A DNA stretch of 63,994 nucleotides, filler included, from Dicyema japonicum (lineage: Eukaryota > Animalia > Dicyemida): assembly GCA_011109175.1 (NCBI GenBank). It is 7 parts of 7 records of this genome, joined end to end, with 100 filler letters (N's around TTAATTAATTAA, not from the genome) between each part and the next. Parts side by side here need not be neighbours in the genome. Positions count along the whole stretch, not along the records: positions 26,323 to 31,596 come from RDEW01000101.1; positions 31,697 to 43,009 come from RDEW01000036.1; 5 more parts are not named here. One strand, 5' to 3'. Below the pieces are notes generated by a model. The model did not search any database, had not been told where the DNA came from, and saw only the letters and a list, made by a program, of their open reading frames with translations. Position 1 is the stretch's first letter. Every line of letters starts with the position of its first letter. The translations under genes and the position numbers were made by a program. This document shows positions 26,540 to 39,200 of the stretch, one piece after another.

Positions 26540-27250
26540 CCGGAAGTCACATTGGAAGATGGATTGGGTGGTCGTCTTTACATCCATAGAATCCACACAA
26601 TCGCATTTCGTGCATTAGCGAATGCTCGTAGATGCATGGACACGTCTTTCGATTATTGAGAATTCATTTCCAGAGTTCCTCATTCCGTATCATTTAATGG
26701 TAATTTCTGGTCTATTTAATTGTTTCCATGATAATTGGCTAACAGCCGCATTCCTTGTAGATTCTTTTGCATGAAATTCTAATTGGCCAATTAATTCATG
26801 TTATTTGCTCAGGTGATTCCTGTAAAAAGAATCCAGCCTGTGCTCTTCCTTTATTGAGGTATCCCAGGTCCCAGCCTTGTATAACAAAATATTATATAAG
26901 CAAGTCGTATACCAATATACTTAGTTTGGTGATAATCACTTTTCGTTTAAGCCATTGTTTTTCAACCTTTTTTCTCTGTCTAAACTGAGGAATTATTATA
27001 CACAATTTGGTAAGATATATTAATTTTGCGTCAATTAATTCATCTCTTAATACGGTGTTTCTACGCTACAAGCCTTAAAAAAGTCAATTCAGTCGTTTCA
27101 GAATGGGATCTTTATATGGCCTATTATTATTCCTTCTTGAGAGTCACAAAAGTTTTCTCTTCGGAATTCTGCTGGTCCATGCTGATAGGCTAAGACGTCT
27201 GGGCATCAGTCACTTTTTCGACTTTAGGTATGTGACATATTTCATTTTCT
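26540..27250 (-). mobile_element. RTE-like LINE C-terminal remnant
   Basis: HRLDSFYRNHL...INWPIRISCKRIYKECGC parallels GINWAKKITNKNLY of the 4312-6678 element. Confidence 0.6.
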
Positions 27251-27489
27251 TGGAAATAACAATATAGGTCGATTTTATAAAGTTTTTATAATTCTTTTAG
27301 CATCTTACAAACTATTCGCTTCTTGGAACACCCAAGACCACAATGAAACCAAAACCATCAAGAAAATTCTAAAATTTTAATATTTTAAAGTCAATTTTTA
27401 GGTCAAAATTTCCAGTTTATAAAGTCAATTAATTTTTTTTAAATAAAACATTTTTTATATTAATTAAACAATTATTCGAAAATAAGTAA

Positions 27490-27690
27490 AACGACAGAAT
27501 GGCGAAGGTGTTACATCTGATAATCGCCATTTCGAGCCTCTGCCTCAACCAGAGTCCCTCCCGTGGCTCACATTTTTTTGAGGCGAGTTTGCTTCCAATT
27601 CAGGAGAGAGAGGCGTCCGTCTTCGCTCCCACGGTTCCAGTTGTCTCCACAGCAATGAGGGTGAAATGGTATTGGTCTCCAAGAATTCTT
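27490..27690 (-). mobile_element. CRE-clade 3' fragment
   Basis: YHFTLIAVETTGTVG...EPREGLWLRQRLEMAIIRCNTFAIL. Confidence 0.8.
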
Positions 27691-27999
27691 CCTATTAATG
27701 AGGTCAGTAGAAATTAAGACTACTTTTATGTATCTTTGATGTTGGGAGATCATGTAACAATAATATAATAATAAAATCTTTTATGGATAAAATCCACCTA
27801 TATTATTATTTTTCAAAATGAAATTTGCTACTTTCCTGAATTCTAAAAAGTTGCAGAGTATGAATTTGGAAATTTATACATAATATCACTCAAAACTTAA
27901 CTTCTTTTTCGTTTTCAGGATTAATAATAATATTCCTCTGTGGATTGATCCACTAAATCCATAATGTTTATTTTCATATAATCAAGTCCGACCAATATT

Positions 28000-28760
28000 G
28001 CTGGAATGTACTTCTACTTTTTCAGAATTTGACCGTTTTTTATCATAGTATAGATGAAACCTCCGAAATGATGTCCAAGGGGTTGACATTCAGTATCCGG
28101 TTTAATATGCGGCTGAAAATAGGACTTCCTCATGCAAGGACAATCCTCCATCAGATCTATCCAACACGATAACCCTAGATCAGATTTCTTGGAACATAAT
28201 GCTGAACTTACAGAAAGTAGGATTTCTCTTATCCAATTTTAGCTTCCATTCCCCATCTGTCAACCAACTTTTCGAATAAACCATCGATTTGTTTCTATGC
28301 ATCCAGAGTTTCTTGTTAAAGCGTTGCGGTTGAGTGTTACACAACGTCTCATCTTAGAGCGGAGCCTATTACTTTTCCGAGATCCTCCTCCTTACGTGAT
28401 ATCAATTTGTCACTGACTTTTCTATAGTATAAACTCCCCCAACAAAGCCTCAGCAATAGTTCTTTAGAAGGTATCGACACAGAAATTAAAATATTAAAAT
28501 TATTGGTAGTAGTTATTTTCTTCAGGTCTCCATATAAACATCGAATGTGTACAATGACTCTAATCCAATTGTCCAATATCATATCCGAGGAAAACACTAG
28601 CAGACTCTCAATCTTCAGATTAATAATCATCTTTGGCAGTACATGATCATTTCAATATCTCGTAAAACAGTTGAATATTCCACAGAAGGATATAACGCAT
28701 TCACTCTCACGATGGCAAGCGATTGTTCGTCTATTGTTATTCTCCAAAAACAACATTCCT
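28000..28760 (-). mobile_element. CR1/L2-like LINE RT remnant
   Basis: Degenerate VFSSD (YADD-like) and KEEDLGKVIGSALR (EKDLGV-like). Confidence 0.45.
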
Positions 28761-28813
28761 CAAATATTGGCTAATCATTGGTAAAAATGCAAAAAATAAA
28801 AAAGAATCAAACA

Positions 28814-29120
28814 TTAACTAGAATTGTTCAAAGTTTCAATTGTAATCTCTGAGTCAATTTTTAGATCACTGAGATATATGGTGACTCTCTTGGCATGAGC
28901 TGCATAAAAATTAGCGACTTCAAACAGTGATATTAAAAAAACTACAGAAGTGTCGTGAAGGCACTTGAAAGCAGAAGATTGAAATCGGAGAGGATGTTCT
29001 TCAAATGTGTTCATGGTGACATCTCTCACAACTTACGCAAATAGTAATTTTTTAACAAAAGCTTGTCATTCATTCGTAATCCTGTTCTTTTTTTTTGGAT
29101 GGTTCCTTCTTAGTTCTCAT
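28814..29120 (-). pseudogene. Histone H3-variant pseudogene with CenH3/CENP-A-like features
   Basis: MRTKKEPS..., LLLK/KLLFA*VVRDVTMNTFEEHPLRFQSSAFKCLHDTSVVFLISLFEVANFYAAHAKRVTIYLSDL aligns by eye to the H3 histone fold (RFQSSA, HAKRVTI). It has in-frame stops and a frameshift. Confidence 0.8.
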
Positions 29121-29559
29121 AACAAGACAATAATATCTAAGCGCCAAATAAAATTTAAATAAAATTATTTTACATTTAGTATAGTTGTTTATAGAATTTT
29201 TGTTAAAACAGAGTAAATCAAACAAAAGGTCATAAAGTTGCCGCTCTGACATTGTGGTAATTCCCTGTGGAAAGTGCTTATTAATGTAAATGGAAAGTGC
29301 TTATTAATGTAACAAATTGTACCTTAATCATCAAGCCAAGTCTTCGAAGCCAAGGTCACTATCTCCATTAAATCCACCTGCGGAAGAATATAGTTTAGAT
29401 GTAACATAACCTCCGATATTTCTAATAGATTGGATGAAACTTGATTGGATTTTCGACAAATTTTAGGTGCCGTCTCTGACGTAAGTGTCTGTCCTTCCAC
29501 TTTCTCCCATTTTGTCACATGGGCCACGCGATATTTCTGGGTAGCCCGTTACATTAACA

Positions 29560-30822
29560 TTATTATTATTACCCCCAGGATCACTGGGTCAAAGAGAAAG
29601 AAATAAAAGTTCTCATCTAACTAAGTGATCCCAGACCGACAAAGGTGAGGACGAGTCCGGCGGGGTCGAGAATCCTGAACAGCTCTTCTCATTGGACATG
29701 GCATCGGCTCAAAATTTCTGTATGATTGTAGATAATTCAATAGTATTTGGAATAGAGGACAGCTCGGTAGAATAGCCTCCTTTAATAGTTTCCGTTGTAG
29801 TTCAATTAAAAAGTTTTCAATGGTTGGATATTGTGATCTGGTCCAATTAACTTTATTGCAGTCTCCTCGATTGCAGATAATTTCAATGAGGAAGATCGTG
29901 ACATTTGCATTGCCCCTGAAGGACTTGCATACGTCATCGTTGGTCGGATAAATTGTTTGTAAATAGGGCAAGGATCCCAGTTCGATCTCTAAGTGTTTTT
30001 GAGAGCACTTTTAAAATTCTCATTTTTTCAGAGCAGAAGTTACTCTGTTTTCAACATGCCGGATAAAGGTGAGTCCCTGATCAAAGGCTACTCCCAGAAT
30101 CTTCGGTGTTTTGTTAATAGAGATAGCTTCGTTCTTCATAAAGACTTTTGGTGCTAAGAGCTGTCTCTTGTAGGTGGTAAACAGTTTGACAAAGGACTTT
30201 GCTGCTGATGTGTCAAGTCTCCGCTTAGAGAGCTATAATTCCAAGTTGTCGAGCATTTGTTGAGCCAATGAGTCGCTGATTGAATGCTTCTGTTCTTGGA
30301 AGCAAGAATGATATCGTCGGCATAGGAGAGGATTAGACAGTTTTCATTACAGGGTCGTTTATGTAGAGATTGAAAAGTTGGAGTGATAATGGGGAGCCTT
30401 GAGGGACTCTGCTTGGGAAATAGCGAGATCTTGATTTGATGTTGTTGCAGAGTACTTGTGCTCGTCTTCCATTTAGGAAGTTTCCAAGCCAAAGTTTCAG
30501 GTTCGGATGGATGTTGGTTTCGTATATTTTCTTTGTTAAGAGTTTCCTGGGACTGAGTCGAACGCTTTTGTGATGTCACGGATATAAGTACTGTCCTCTG
30601 ATGTGGTTTGGGGGAGTTAAATCCTTCCGCAATGAACAATGTGAGAATTGTATGGTGTGTTGTTCTCGAATGGTTGTCCCGGAATACGTGCTGGGTCGAG
30701 GGAGTCTTGTATTTTTTCGAAAACAAGCTTTTCAAGGATCCTTGAGAGCGGACTTAGAATAGATATTCGGCGATAGGAAGATGGTTCATCTATTGGTTTG
30801 TTGGGTTTTCGGAAAGGTCTGA
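29560..30822 (-). mobile_element. 5'-truncated LINE ending in GIT* hairpin and (TAA)n tail
   Basis: SYRRISILSPLSRILEKLV, LSYADD, PKILGVAFD; ends SGIT* followed by the GGGATCACT/AGTGATCCT stem. Confidence 0.9.
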
Positions 30823-31596
30823 TTAAATTATAATATTCATTTGAATTCAAATCGTTATACTAATCGGCACTTATTGCAATAATAATGTTATAGGTCTAAC
30901 TTCATGTGTTAGATAAAATTCATAATATAATTGGATAGGCGTCGTAGTTTGATCCAGGTGGTTTATATATTTTATAGTCAACTTAAATTTATAATACATT
31001 AGAATTCAAATGGTTATACTAATCTGCACTTATTGCAATAATAATGTTATAGGTCTAAGCTTCATCTCATAGATTAAATTATAATATAATTGTATAGGCG
31101 TCGTAGTTTGAATACTGCTGGTTAGTAAATTGTTATAAGTTCATTTAAATTTAAATCTTCATTTGAATTCAAATGGTTATACTAATCGACGCTTATTGTA
31201 ATATAATGTTATTGGTCTAAGCTTCATCTCATAGATTAAATCCATAAATAATTGTATAGGCGTCGTAGTTTGATTTCTGGTTATAGTATATTGTATATAG
31301 TTTATTAAATTTAATATTTATTAGAATTTAAATCATTATACTAATCGGCACTTATTGTAATATAATGATATAGGTCTAAGCTTCATCTCATAGATTAAAT
31401 CCATAAAATAATTGTATAGGCGTCGTAGTTTGATTCCAGTTGTTATATATATTTATATAGTTTATTAAATTTATTATTCATTAGAATTCAAATGATTATA
31501 CTAATCGGCACTTATTATAATATAATGTTATAGGTCTTAGCTTCATCTCATAGATTAAATCGATAAAATAATTGTATAGGCGTCGTAGTTTGATTC
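30822..31596. repeat. Tandem satellite, 159-162 bp monomer, at least 4.8 copies, running into contig end
   Basis: Invariant ATAGGCGTCGTAGTTTGA; its GGCG core starts at 30938, 31097, 31259, 31419 and 31579. Confidence 0.95.
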
Positions 31597-32094
31597 NNNN
31601 NNNNNNNNNNNNNNNNNNNNNNNNNNNNNNNNNNNNNNNNTTAATTAATTAANNNNNNNNNNNNNNNNNNNNNNNNNNNNNNNNNNNNNNNNNNNNTAGC
31701 AGTATTCCTGTATTACACTCCTTGATGACATGGTTGACACATGTGGCGTCACATACTATTGTTAGAATCAAACACTTCTAATTTATTCACACAACGGGAA
31801 GTCTTTACAATAACCACGAGCCACTTACACAAACTGGTTTTGAACTGCAAGTAAACTCTTCATCGAAAACAGACCTTCTGGAAGAGCCATCATGTCATTC
31901 TACTCTCTTCTTTCCGGAGTCATGCAAGTCGCTCGATTAATCTTTTAAACTTGAAGTGTTGCTAACAAGTATGAAGACGTTTCAAATGAGAAAATTTAAA
32001 TTATAAAAAAAAAACAAATTATTTGTAAACTTTGATTTTTATCGATAAATTTTTTAAGAATTCAATTTTTTTAATTAACACGTTTTATTAACAA

Positions 32095-33610
32095 ATAAAA
32101 TATTATTTATTAACTATATGAAGAGCGGCTGCTGACATTACAGAGTAAGTGCTACCGCGGACAACTCAATCTCAATTCGTTGCTTCATCCAGACCGCTTC
32201 CGCATTTTTTTCTTACGGTGGGCCAATTTCCCCTGATTTCCTTCATGAAAGAAGCTGTGATACTTTCCGCAGCACCAGACGTTTCGAATGCCACGATTAC
32301 ACAACGAAAGCGGTCTCCAATTTCGCCAAATTTTTTAATATTGATTTTCTCGGCCAGATCGGCTGCCGATCCATCAGACTGCATCGAGCTGAGTATCATC
32401 AAGTTTAAGAAAGAATCCACAACAATGCAGTCCCATACGAGCGATTTTCCCTCAGTGAACGGAAATATTGTTAGCTTATCCGGTTTTTTTCCGTCTCCGT
32501 GGTCCAATACACGTGCTCTATCACTGCCGGAAGCCTGCATCTTCAAGAGCGCGTATGAGAATATAGTTCATACCAGGTACTCTCAAGTACTCCCTTTGCA
32601 CGATATTGGATGCAGCCCTTTGGCATCGACCATCCTCCACAACGACATTGGTGTACAATCCCAATTCGATTGCGATCCAATTCCGAATACAGCCATCGTC
32701 CGAAAGGATCCCCAGGGAGGAACACGGGAGTACATCCAGCCACACTCCGCTCGCTGGTTGGCCTCGGCGGACACGAGGCATGCAAGACGATGCTGGTTGG
32801 CCTCAGACTGTAGCACGTCGAAGATATTCGTGGAGTAGATCTCATCCCAGTCTTGTTGCCTCGAAGGATCGTTTGGCGTATCCAAACCAGTTTCACTCCA
32901 TTCGCGACAAGCTTCATCGAAGACTTTTTCCCAAGAAAGTCTTGGAAAACGTAGGATATCTTGGACCAAAAAGCTTCCACTTCGAAGCGATGACAGAAAT
33001 GCAGAAAAAGGGATTTCCAGCGCTGATCTGAGGCCCGTGCCCTTGATGCGTGTAGGAAGCTTAATTGATTCCAACTCGGCACGTCAAAGTGGATTTTTAG
33101 TAGCAATTCAGCTGATTTTCTCAGTCATATTCAGTGACACGAAGATGTTACGATGTTTGAAGCAGCGAGAACAATGTAGAGCGTATAGGAGTTTAGGTAA
33201 GCCGATCCTATTCTTCAAAAGGAAGAACGTTGTATGAGCATCGAGTAAGGAGAGTTTCTTTGTAGTTCTAAAAAGTTCTTTTTCATTTGTTAGTAGATCG
33301 ATCCGCAGTTCCTTTTCGTCAAGTGGATACCCAAAAAAGTATGTCTGCTCCATGGGTACGATAGTAATTCCAGGTAAAGCCGAGTTGAAAAAACTCGATT
33401 TCGTTGATATAATCACTTTCCGTGTATGTGATATTTATTAGCTCCGATTTCTTTATATTTATTTATGTGACAGAATGTCATGAAATTTTCTCCACGGCCC
33501 TTTAATCGTGGCGTCATCAAAATACCAGGGGTTTAGTTTTTTGTTGATAGAGCAGACAATTTCATCGACCGCCAGAGCGAAGAGAAGTGAACCAAATGGG
33601 TCCCAATTCA
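32095..33610 (-). mobile_element. CRE-clade element (RT C-half, zinc finger, RLE)
   Basis: WDPFGSLLFALAVD, WYFDD, PKLLY, GLHPISC, KPDKLTIFPF, VWDCIVVD, FETSG. Confidence 0.92.
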
Positions 33611-33999
33611 AATTTAAATTAAAAAAAACCAAATGGTTCTTGTCAGAATTTTTTTTCAACTATTTTGTCAACTTCTCAAAATAACCGCAATTTATAATTG
33701 GAATAATTTTCATTTTGATAAAATGAATTATTTCAAAATCGTTATTGACTTTTTAAGGAAAGTTATTCCGATACTCAAAATTAAGAATTGTTTGCTAGTG
33801 AGTATAAAAGTTTCCTCATTCGAAGATTTTTTTACAACCATGTTTTCTATGGAGGAAGGAATTTCCGTTGATTCCATTATTCGAGAATCTTTCAGCAATT
33901 TTATTTATTTTGTGAATTGTTGCGTTGTCACGTGACTAAAATATTAGTCAGACTTATTGAATTTTTAAAATAAAAACAAATATAAAATTTTATTGAAGA

Positions 34000-34625
34000 A
34001 AAAAAGATTAAACGGTTATATAGAGGATGCATTGACTGCGTGGTTATTCTTTCTCAGGATAGCGAGCGAGATTCGCTAAAATAACCAGCTGCGTTCACAA
34101 AGGTCTCTTGTTCGTGTAGCGATCCGATTCCCTAGACGACTCAAGAATTCCATCGTCGCAGGCGCAAGGGAACCAGACGTCTAAACAGCGAGTGGAACAA
34201 GCAAAAATCCTTGGGTAGGACCGCATACTTTTCCCGTTTCATTATCTCGGCCTTCTTAACAACAGAACAGGCTTCAGAGGCACTCTGTAGTAGGTTGCAA
34301 GAGGCAAATGTGTCGGGGCAGGTAACGTCCTAGACAAGAGGTTTCCCGGCTTCAAAAGGGAAGATTGTCATCCCATCTGGTCGTTTCCCATCCCGCCTGC
34401 AAAGGCCAACAGGTTCGAGCATGGAAGGGTTTCCGGTGGCGTCCAAAGCTCGTCTAACGACTTCGTTTCAAAGCAATTTGTCTGGGTAATCTGCCTGCAC
34501 TCTTCCTGCAGGAGAGAGGGGGTAGGCCAAAACAGTCGATCTTGTCTCCGCATCGGCACGGATGTAGCACACCGACTTTTAATTCCAGTCGCAATGAGAT
34601 CCCAATACGGACACATTCATTGATA
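34000..34625 (-). mobile_element. CRE-clade 3' fragment (same family as 14920-15340 and 61245-61380)
   Basis: [26 protein letters not shown]; 3' end nearly identical to the copy at 14945. Confidence 0.9.
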
Positions 34626-34949
34626 TGAGGCACTGCTCACTTAATCTTAAACCCTGTAAATAATACTAACAGGTAATACTTTCAAACCAAATTGTAGATA
34701 AAAAAAACTACTCAGAAAAATCGATTCTAACAAGAATTCAAATAAGTCCATAAGTCGGAAAAAGACATCGTAAAAGTTATTCCTATTGGGTGTGGATGAT
34801 TACGAAAAAATATTTGTATTTCGGTTCATTGATACATTAACTCTGTTTTTGTTTCCTTTGATCGAGAGAAAACAAGCATATAATTTATCTCACTTATAAT
34901 GCAAAAATATAAAAATGAATTTATTTATCAAAAACACAAAAATAAATCA

Positions 34950-35515
34950 AAAATGATCTCCGCCGAAATAATTAATGTTGCATTTCGATAATTAAGATCA
35001 TCTGGAGAAGCCATCGAGTCTCACGTGCGTCGTGGATTTTAATTGTACCTAAGCGTCCAGTTTCATTAGGAGCGAAGCGATTTCCCGCTTATCTCTCCTT
35101 TCTCTCCGATATGATGGAGCAGAACGTGAAGCGATCGTGCAGTGCTTCGTATTTTTCTCCTTTGCTTTTATTGCATTTTCAGCAGAATACAGAGTGTCTA
35201 CCACGCTCCCAATAATGTTGGATGGGCGAAAAGGTCACCTCCTCGAATGGAAAAATTGTGATTCCGTCCGGTCGTTCTCCATCCTTTCTGTCCAGGCCAA
35301 CATGTTCAGTATGGAGGGGTCTCTTAGCAGACTCCAGGGGTAACTTAATAATTCTAATTGATCGCCTGATGTCTTTGGAATCGTCCTGCACTTCTTCACA
35401 TGAAAAATATGGCTATAACAGTCGACAACACCACCGAGGCGGCACTTGTGAGTCTGGCAAATCGGTGTAGTCATCAAGGTGGTTCCCAACGCTACCAACC
35501 AGAAGGGCATTGATC
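34950..35515 (-). mobile_element. Divergent CRE-clade 3' fragment
   Basis: HKCRLGG, EHVGLDRKDGERPDGITIFPF. Confidence 0.8.
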
Positions 35516-35582
35516 AAAGAGCTACTCCATTACACCTTCATAAACTCTATGGAATATTTATGATTAATTTTTTATTAAAAAC

Positions 35583-35710
35583 CAAGTCACTCGTCAAACC
35601 CTTTCTGCATCGTAGATGCGTGGTATCTTCCACCAGGTAAACAGCAGCGAGATTCGAACCGTAACCTAAGCTACTTGAGCCTGACACCAAACCACTATGC
35701 CATTCTGCTG
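35583..35710 (-). mobile_element. tRNA-derived SINE (head + part of body)
   Basis: Minus strand A box TGGCATAGTGG and B box GGTTCGAATC; the body (CCACGCATC, TTGACGAGTGAC) is shared with 45045-45280. Confidence 0.75.
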
Positions 35711-35779
35711 ATGGTTTACCATATTAAAAAATAAATTTTAGCTAATATAATTTTTTTTAAATTAATTAATTATTTTCAA

Positions 35780-36850
35780 TAAAATATTATTTATTAACTA
35801 TGGGAAGAGCGGCTGCTGACATTACAGAGTAAGCGCTTCCGCGGACAACTCAATTTCAAATCGTTGCTTCATCCAGAACCGCTTCCGCACGTTTTTCTTA
35901 AAGGTGGGCCAATTTCCCCCTGATTTCCTTCAGGAAAAAGGCTGTGATACTCCACTGTACCAGACGTCTCGATTGCCACGGGTACAAAACGGTAGCGGTC
36001 TCCAATTTCGCCATATTTTTAATCTTGATTTTTATTCGGCCAAGATCGGTTGCCGATCCAGCAGACTGTGCCGAGCCTGAGTTTCATCGAGTTCGAGAAA
36101 GAATCCACAACAATGCAGCCCATACGAGCGATTTTTCCCTCAGTGAACGGAAAGATAGTTAGCATATCCGGTCCTTTCCCATCTACGCGTTCCAATCCCA
36201 CAGGCTCCAGTACTGCCGGGAATCCTGCCGTTTCAAAAGCTCGCATGACAATGTTGTTCATAGCCGCATGGCGGGGTGCTCTACCTACACTCCTTTTGTA
36301 CGAGAGCAGGTGCAGCCCTTTGGCATCGGCGTTCCCTCCACAACGACATTGGTGTTGACGCAAATATCATCTCCCAGGCGTTGTGCGATCCAATCCGAAT
36401 ACAGTCATCGTCCAAAAGGGTCCCCAGGGAGGAAGACAGTACATCCAGCTACGTTCCGCTCTCGTGGTTGGCGACGAACACGAGGCATGCAAGACGATGC
36501 TGGTTGGCCTCAGACTTTAGCACGTCGAAGATATTTTTGGAGTAAATATTATCCCAGTCAAAGGATCGGTCAGCATATCCAAACTAGTTTCACACCATTC
36601 GCGACGAGCTGCGTCTAAGACTCTTTCCCAAGAAAGTCTTGTTGAAACGTAGGATTCTTGGACCAAAAGGCTTCCACTTGAGAGCGATGACACAAATGCT
36701 TGAAAGGCGATCTCCAGCGCCGACCTGAGACCCGTTCTCCGAGGCGTGTAGGAAGCTTGCATTGGTTCCAACTCGGCAATCAAAGTGGATGTTTAAAAGC
36801 AATTCAGCTGATATTCTCAATGTCCTATCCAATGACAGGAAGATGTCACG
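35780..36850 (-). mobile_element. CRE-clade element, same family as 32095-33610
   Basis: CRCGG, GLHLLS, RHAAMN, LEPVGL, GPDMLTIFPF; collinear with the 32 kb copy. Confidence 0.92.
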
Positions 36851-37669
36851 ATGAATTATTTTTATTTAACTTTTTTTAAACTTTATATTCATGTGTTATC
36901 GGTTAAAAGATCATATATGGTCCCAAGTTGGTTTCTTAATTATAGCTAATTAATTATAGCCGCGTGGCGCCGTCTGTTACTTTTTAGCTAGTTGGTTTAA
37001 AATTTTATGTTTCTTCCCTCTGATGGCGTCATTGGATTCACCTTACTAAGGAGCTTTTGTAAATGTAGTTTCAGGGTATGCTATCCGTGCAGATTATATC
37101 TCAAGCCAGACGCTTCCCAACTTTAACTAAAAGATATACATCTCATCTGGCCTTTTTTCATATTCTACATAAGTCGACATGTTCCAGCAAAGGCAGATAA
37201 TCGACACATCCATAACCCCTCTGGCGCTTCTTTTAAGGCTTAGTATCAAGGAGATCTTCCAGTATTCTTGCTACAGGCGATTGGACATAGACAAAAAATG
37301 TTGATCTGCTCACCGCATCGGTAGGATGTGATATAAGCTGTCTAACGAAAGATAACGTCAATCGTACGAGTTGATCACATTAGGTGAAATAAGGAGCTGT
37401 CTTAAGGAAATATGCAAACTTATGTACTTTGAAACTGTTCTTTAGGAGGAATAATGATATATGCGCGTCAAGTCTACAGAAGCGGTCCAGAGTCTTATCG
37501 AATAACAGTTGTTTTTCACTTAAGCTCTCCCCATTGCATGCATGGTGATTGGCGATCTAGCGTATAATACTTCATCTAGAGTATAATACTTCTAGATAGT
37601 AAATCTGCAAAAGATTACACAGCTTTTGAATACATTTTCAAAACGTCCACAATTGTAGATTTCGCCTTA

Positions 37670-38565
37670 ATGTAATTTAATTCCAGTCCAACTTCTGACA
37701 GTGGTGGAATTGTCACTTCAAATCCTGGAAATCTGGAAGATCCTCCGAGGACCGCATCATCTAGATATCATAAGTTGAGGGTTTAGCGCGGAAGTTTGTT
37801 GATTCTCTCGACTGCAAGACAGATCAACAGAGGTCAAAGGGGATCTTCTTGTTGCAAAAAACTAAGTAGTCCCCGAATAGTACGGATGAAGGTAGGCTGT
37901 GTGACTGATTCACAAATTCGACAATATTAGGGCATCTCTCCAAACGTGCCGCTAGGATATTGTATCTCCTTAACAGTCTTGATGTCCAGTTTGACAAGGA
38001 CATGCCTCCAAAAATCTTCCATACTTTGGTTAAGGAATGTTCTTACTGAATGGACAGCGGCCTCGCATCCCAGGCAAACACCTACACCTACTTGAGGTAA
38101 GTTAAAGAATTGTGTGTCGAGTTGAATAGAATGTCTGAGGGCAAGCTTAGCAGCCAGTTAGCAGTACACTTTTATGTACCACAAACTATCAGCTGCAAGT
38201 TATTTTCTTGAAAATTGCCTACAAATTGGCAGGACTTTGGATTACTTGAAAGACATGATAATACAAAAAGAGATGGCATAGCAATATTAAAACTACGACG
38301 AAAAGACAAACGCCATTTATATCTTCAATTGCAGAAGATATTGATGAGTAACAATTACCCTGGCTTGTGTAGAATGTATGCACTTGGGAGATCACCGGGA
38401 GAAGTATTGTAAATTCCGTAAAGAAATCCTCGATCTCCAATTCATACGCTGGAGTACTAGAGGCATGCCAAATGGGACCCTTGTAAAGAGTCCAGCGGCA
38501 AGGAGAACCCAAGAAATTACAATAGACTATCTTGCTCTAATATTTCCTGCTTCAATAAAGTAGTC
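37670..38565 (-). mobile_element. Divergent CRE-clade RT remnant
   Basis: PQVGVGVCLGCEAAVHSVR, LVKLDIK, QQEDPL, YLDDAVLGG, GLELN. Confidence 0.8.
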
Positions 38566-38649
38566 TAAGTGGTCATAACAAAATAAAACAACACAAAATA
38601 CAGAACTGTTTAATTACAATTGTCATTAGTAGGAGGATATTTATTTAAA

Positions 38650-38830
38650 AAAGAAAAAAAGTAGAGTCAGAGACAAAGATTATGAAGGCGTTCCCTCTGA
38701 TTGCCACTATTTCAAGTTAACCAGAGTCCTTCACAAGGCTCGCATCTCATAGAAGCAATCAATAGTCCAAAACTGGGAGAAATGTCCAGAGTCCTGAATT
38801 CTCAATCTCAATAAGAGTGAAATAATAATA
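38650..38830 (-). mobile_element. CRE-clade 3' fragment
   Basis: IENSG...EPCEGLWL...IRGNAFII in broken frames. Confidence 0.55.
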
Positions 38831-38999
38831 TCGCGAGTGATCCGTACTTTTATTTATTTTATTTCCGTACTTAAAAAGCAGTCACTTCAATCCTAAAAGT
38901 AAATTATTATTTTTTAAATTAAACTAATTTTATTAAATATTTTTGTATAAATTGAATATATTTAATTCTCACTGTTCCACGCAAAAGAAAATCGGCTGG

Positions 39000-39200
39000 C
39001 TAAGAAATTTCCTTTTCCAATCGGCTTCCTCTGCAAGGATCAAAGAAGGCATTTCCGTTCGACAGTGGGATCAATGGAGACGTACAGGCTTAGGATGCCA
39101 CGTTTAGTTGCGGAACTGGGATCACCTAACTAGTTGACTTTACTTTGTCTTTTATTCTCGGTGATCCCGGGGTTAATAGATAAATTAAATAAATAATTTA
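39000..39200 (+). mobile_element. LINE 3' end with GIT* hairpin
   Basis: FRSTVGS...ELGIT* (broken frame); stem GGGATCACC/GGTGATCCC; AT-rich tail. Confidence 0.8.

Noticed and set aside
30822-31596. CRISPR-like repeat/spacer array
   Set aside because: The variable segments are homologous to each other, the repeat is >100 bp, there are no cas genes and the context is eukaryotic.
35640-35710. Functional tRNA gene
   Set aside because: The acceptor and anticodon stems do not close properly, and it continues into a dispersed repeat body (SINE head).
36959-36992. 7SL/Alu-like 5' end (CGTGGCGCCGTCTGTTAC...AGCTA)
   Set aside because: The resemblance is short and not shared by the 18 kb and 48 kb copies.
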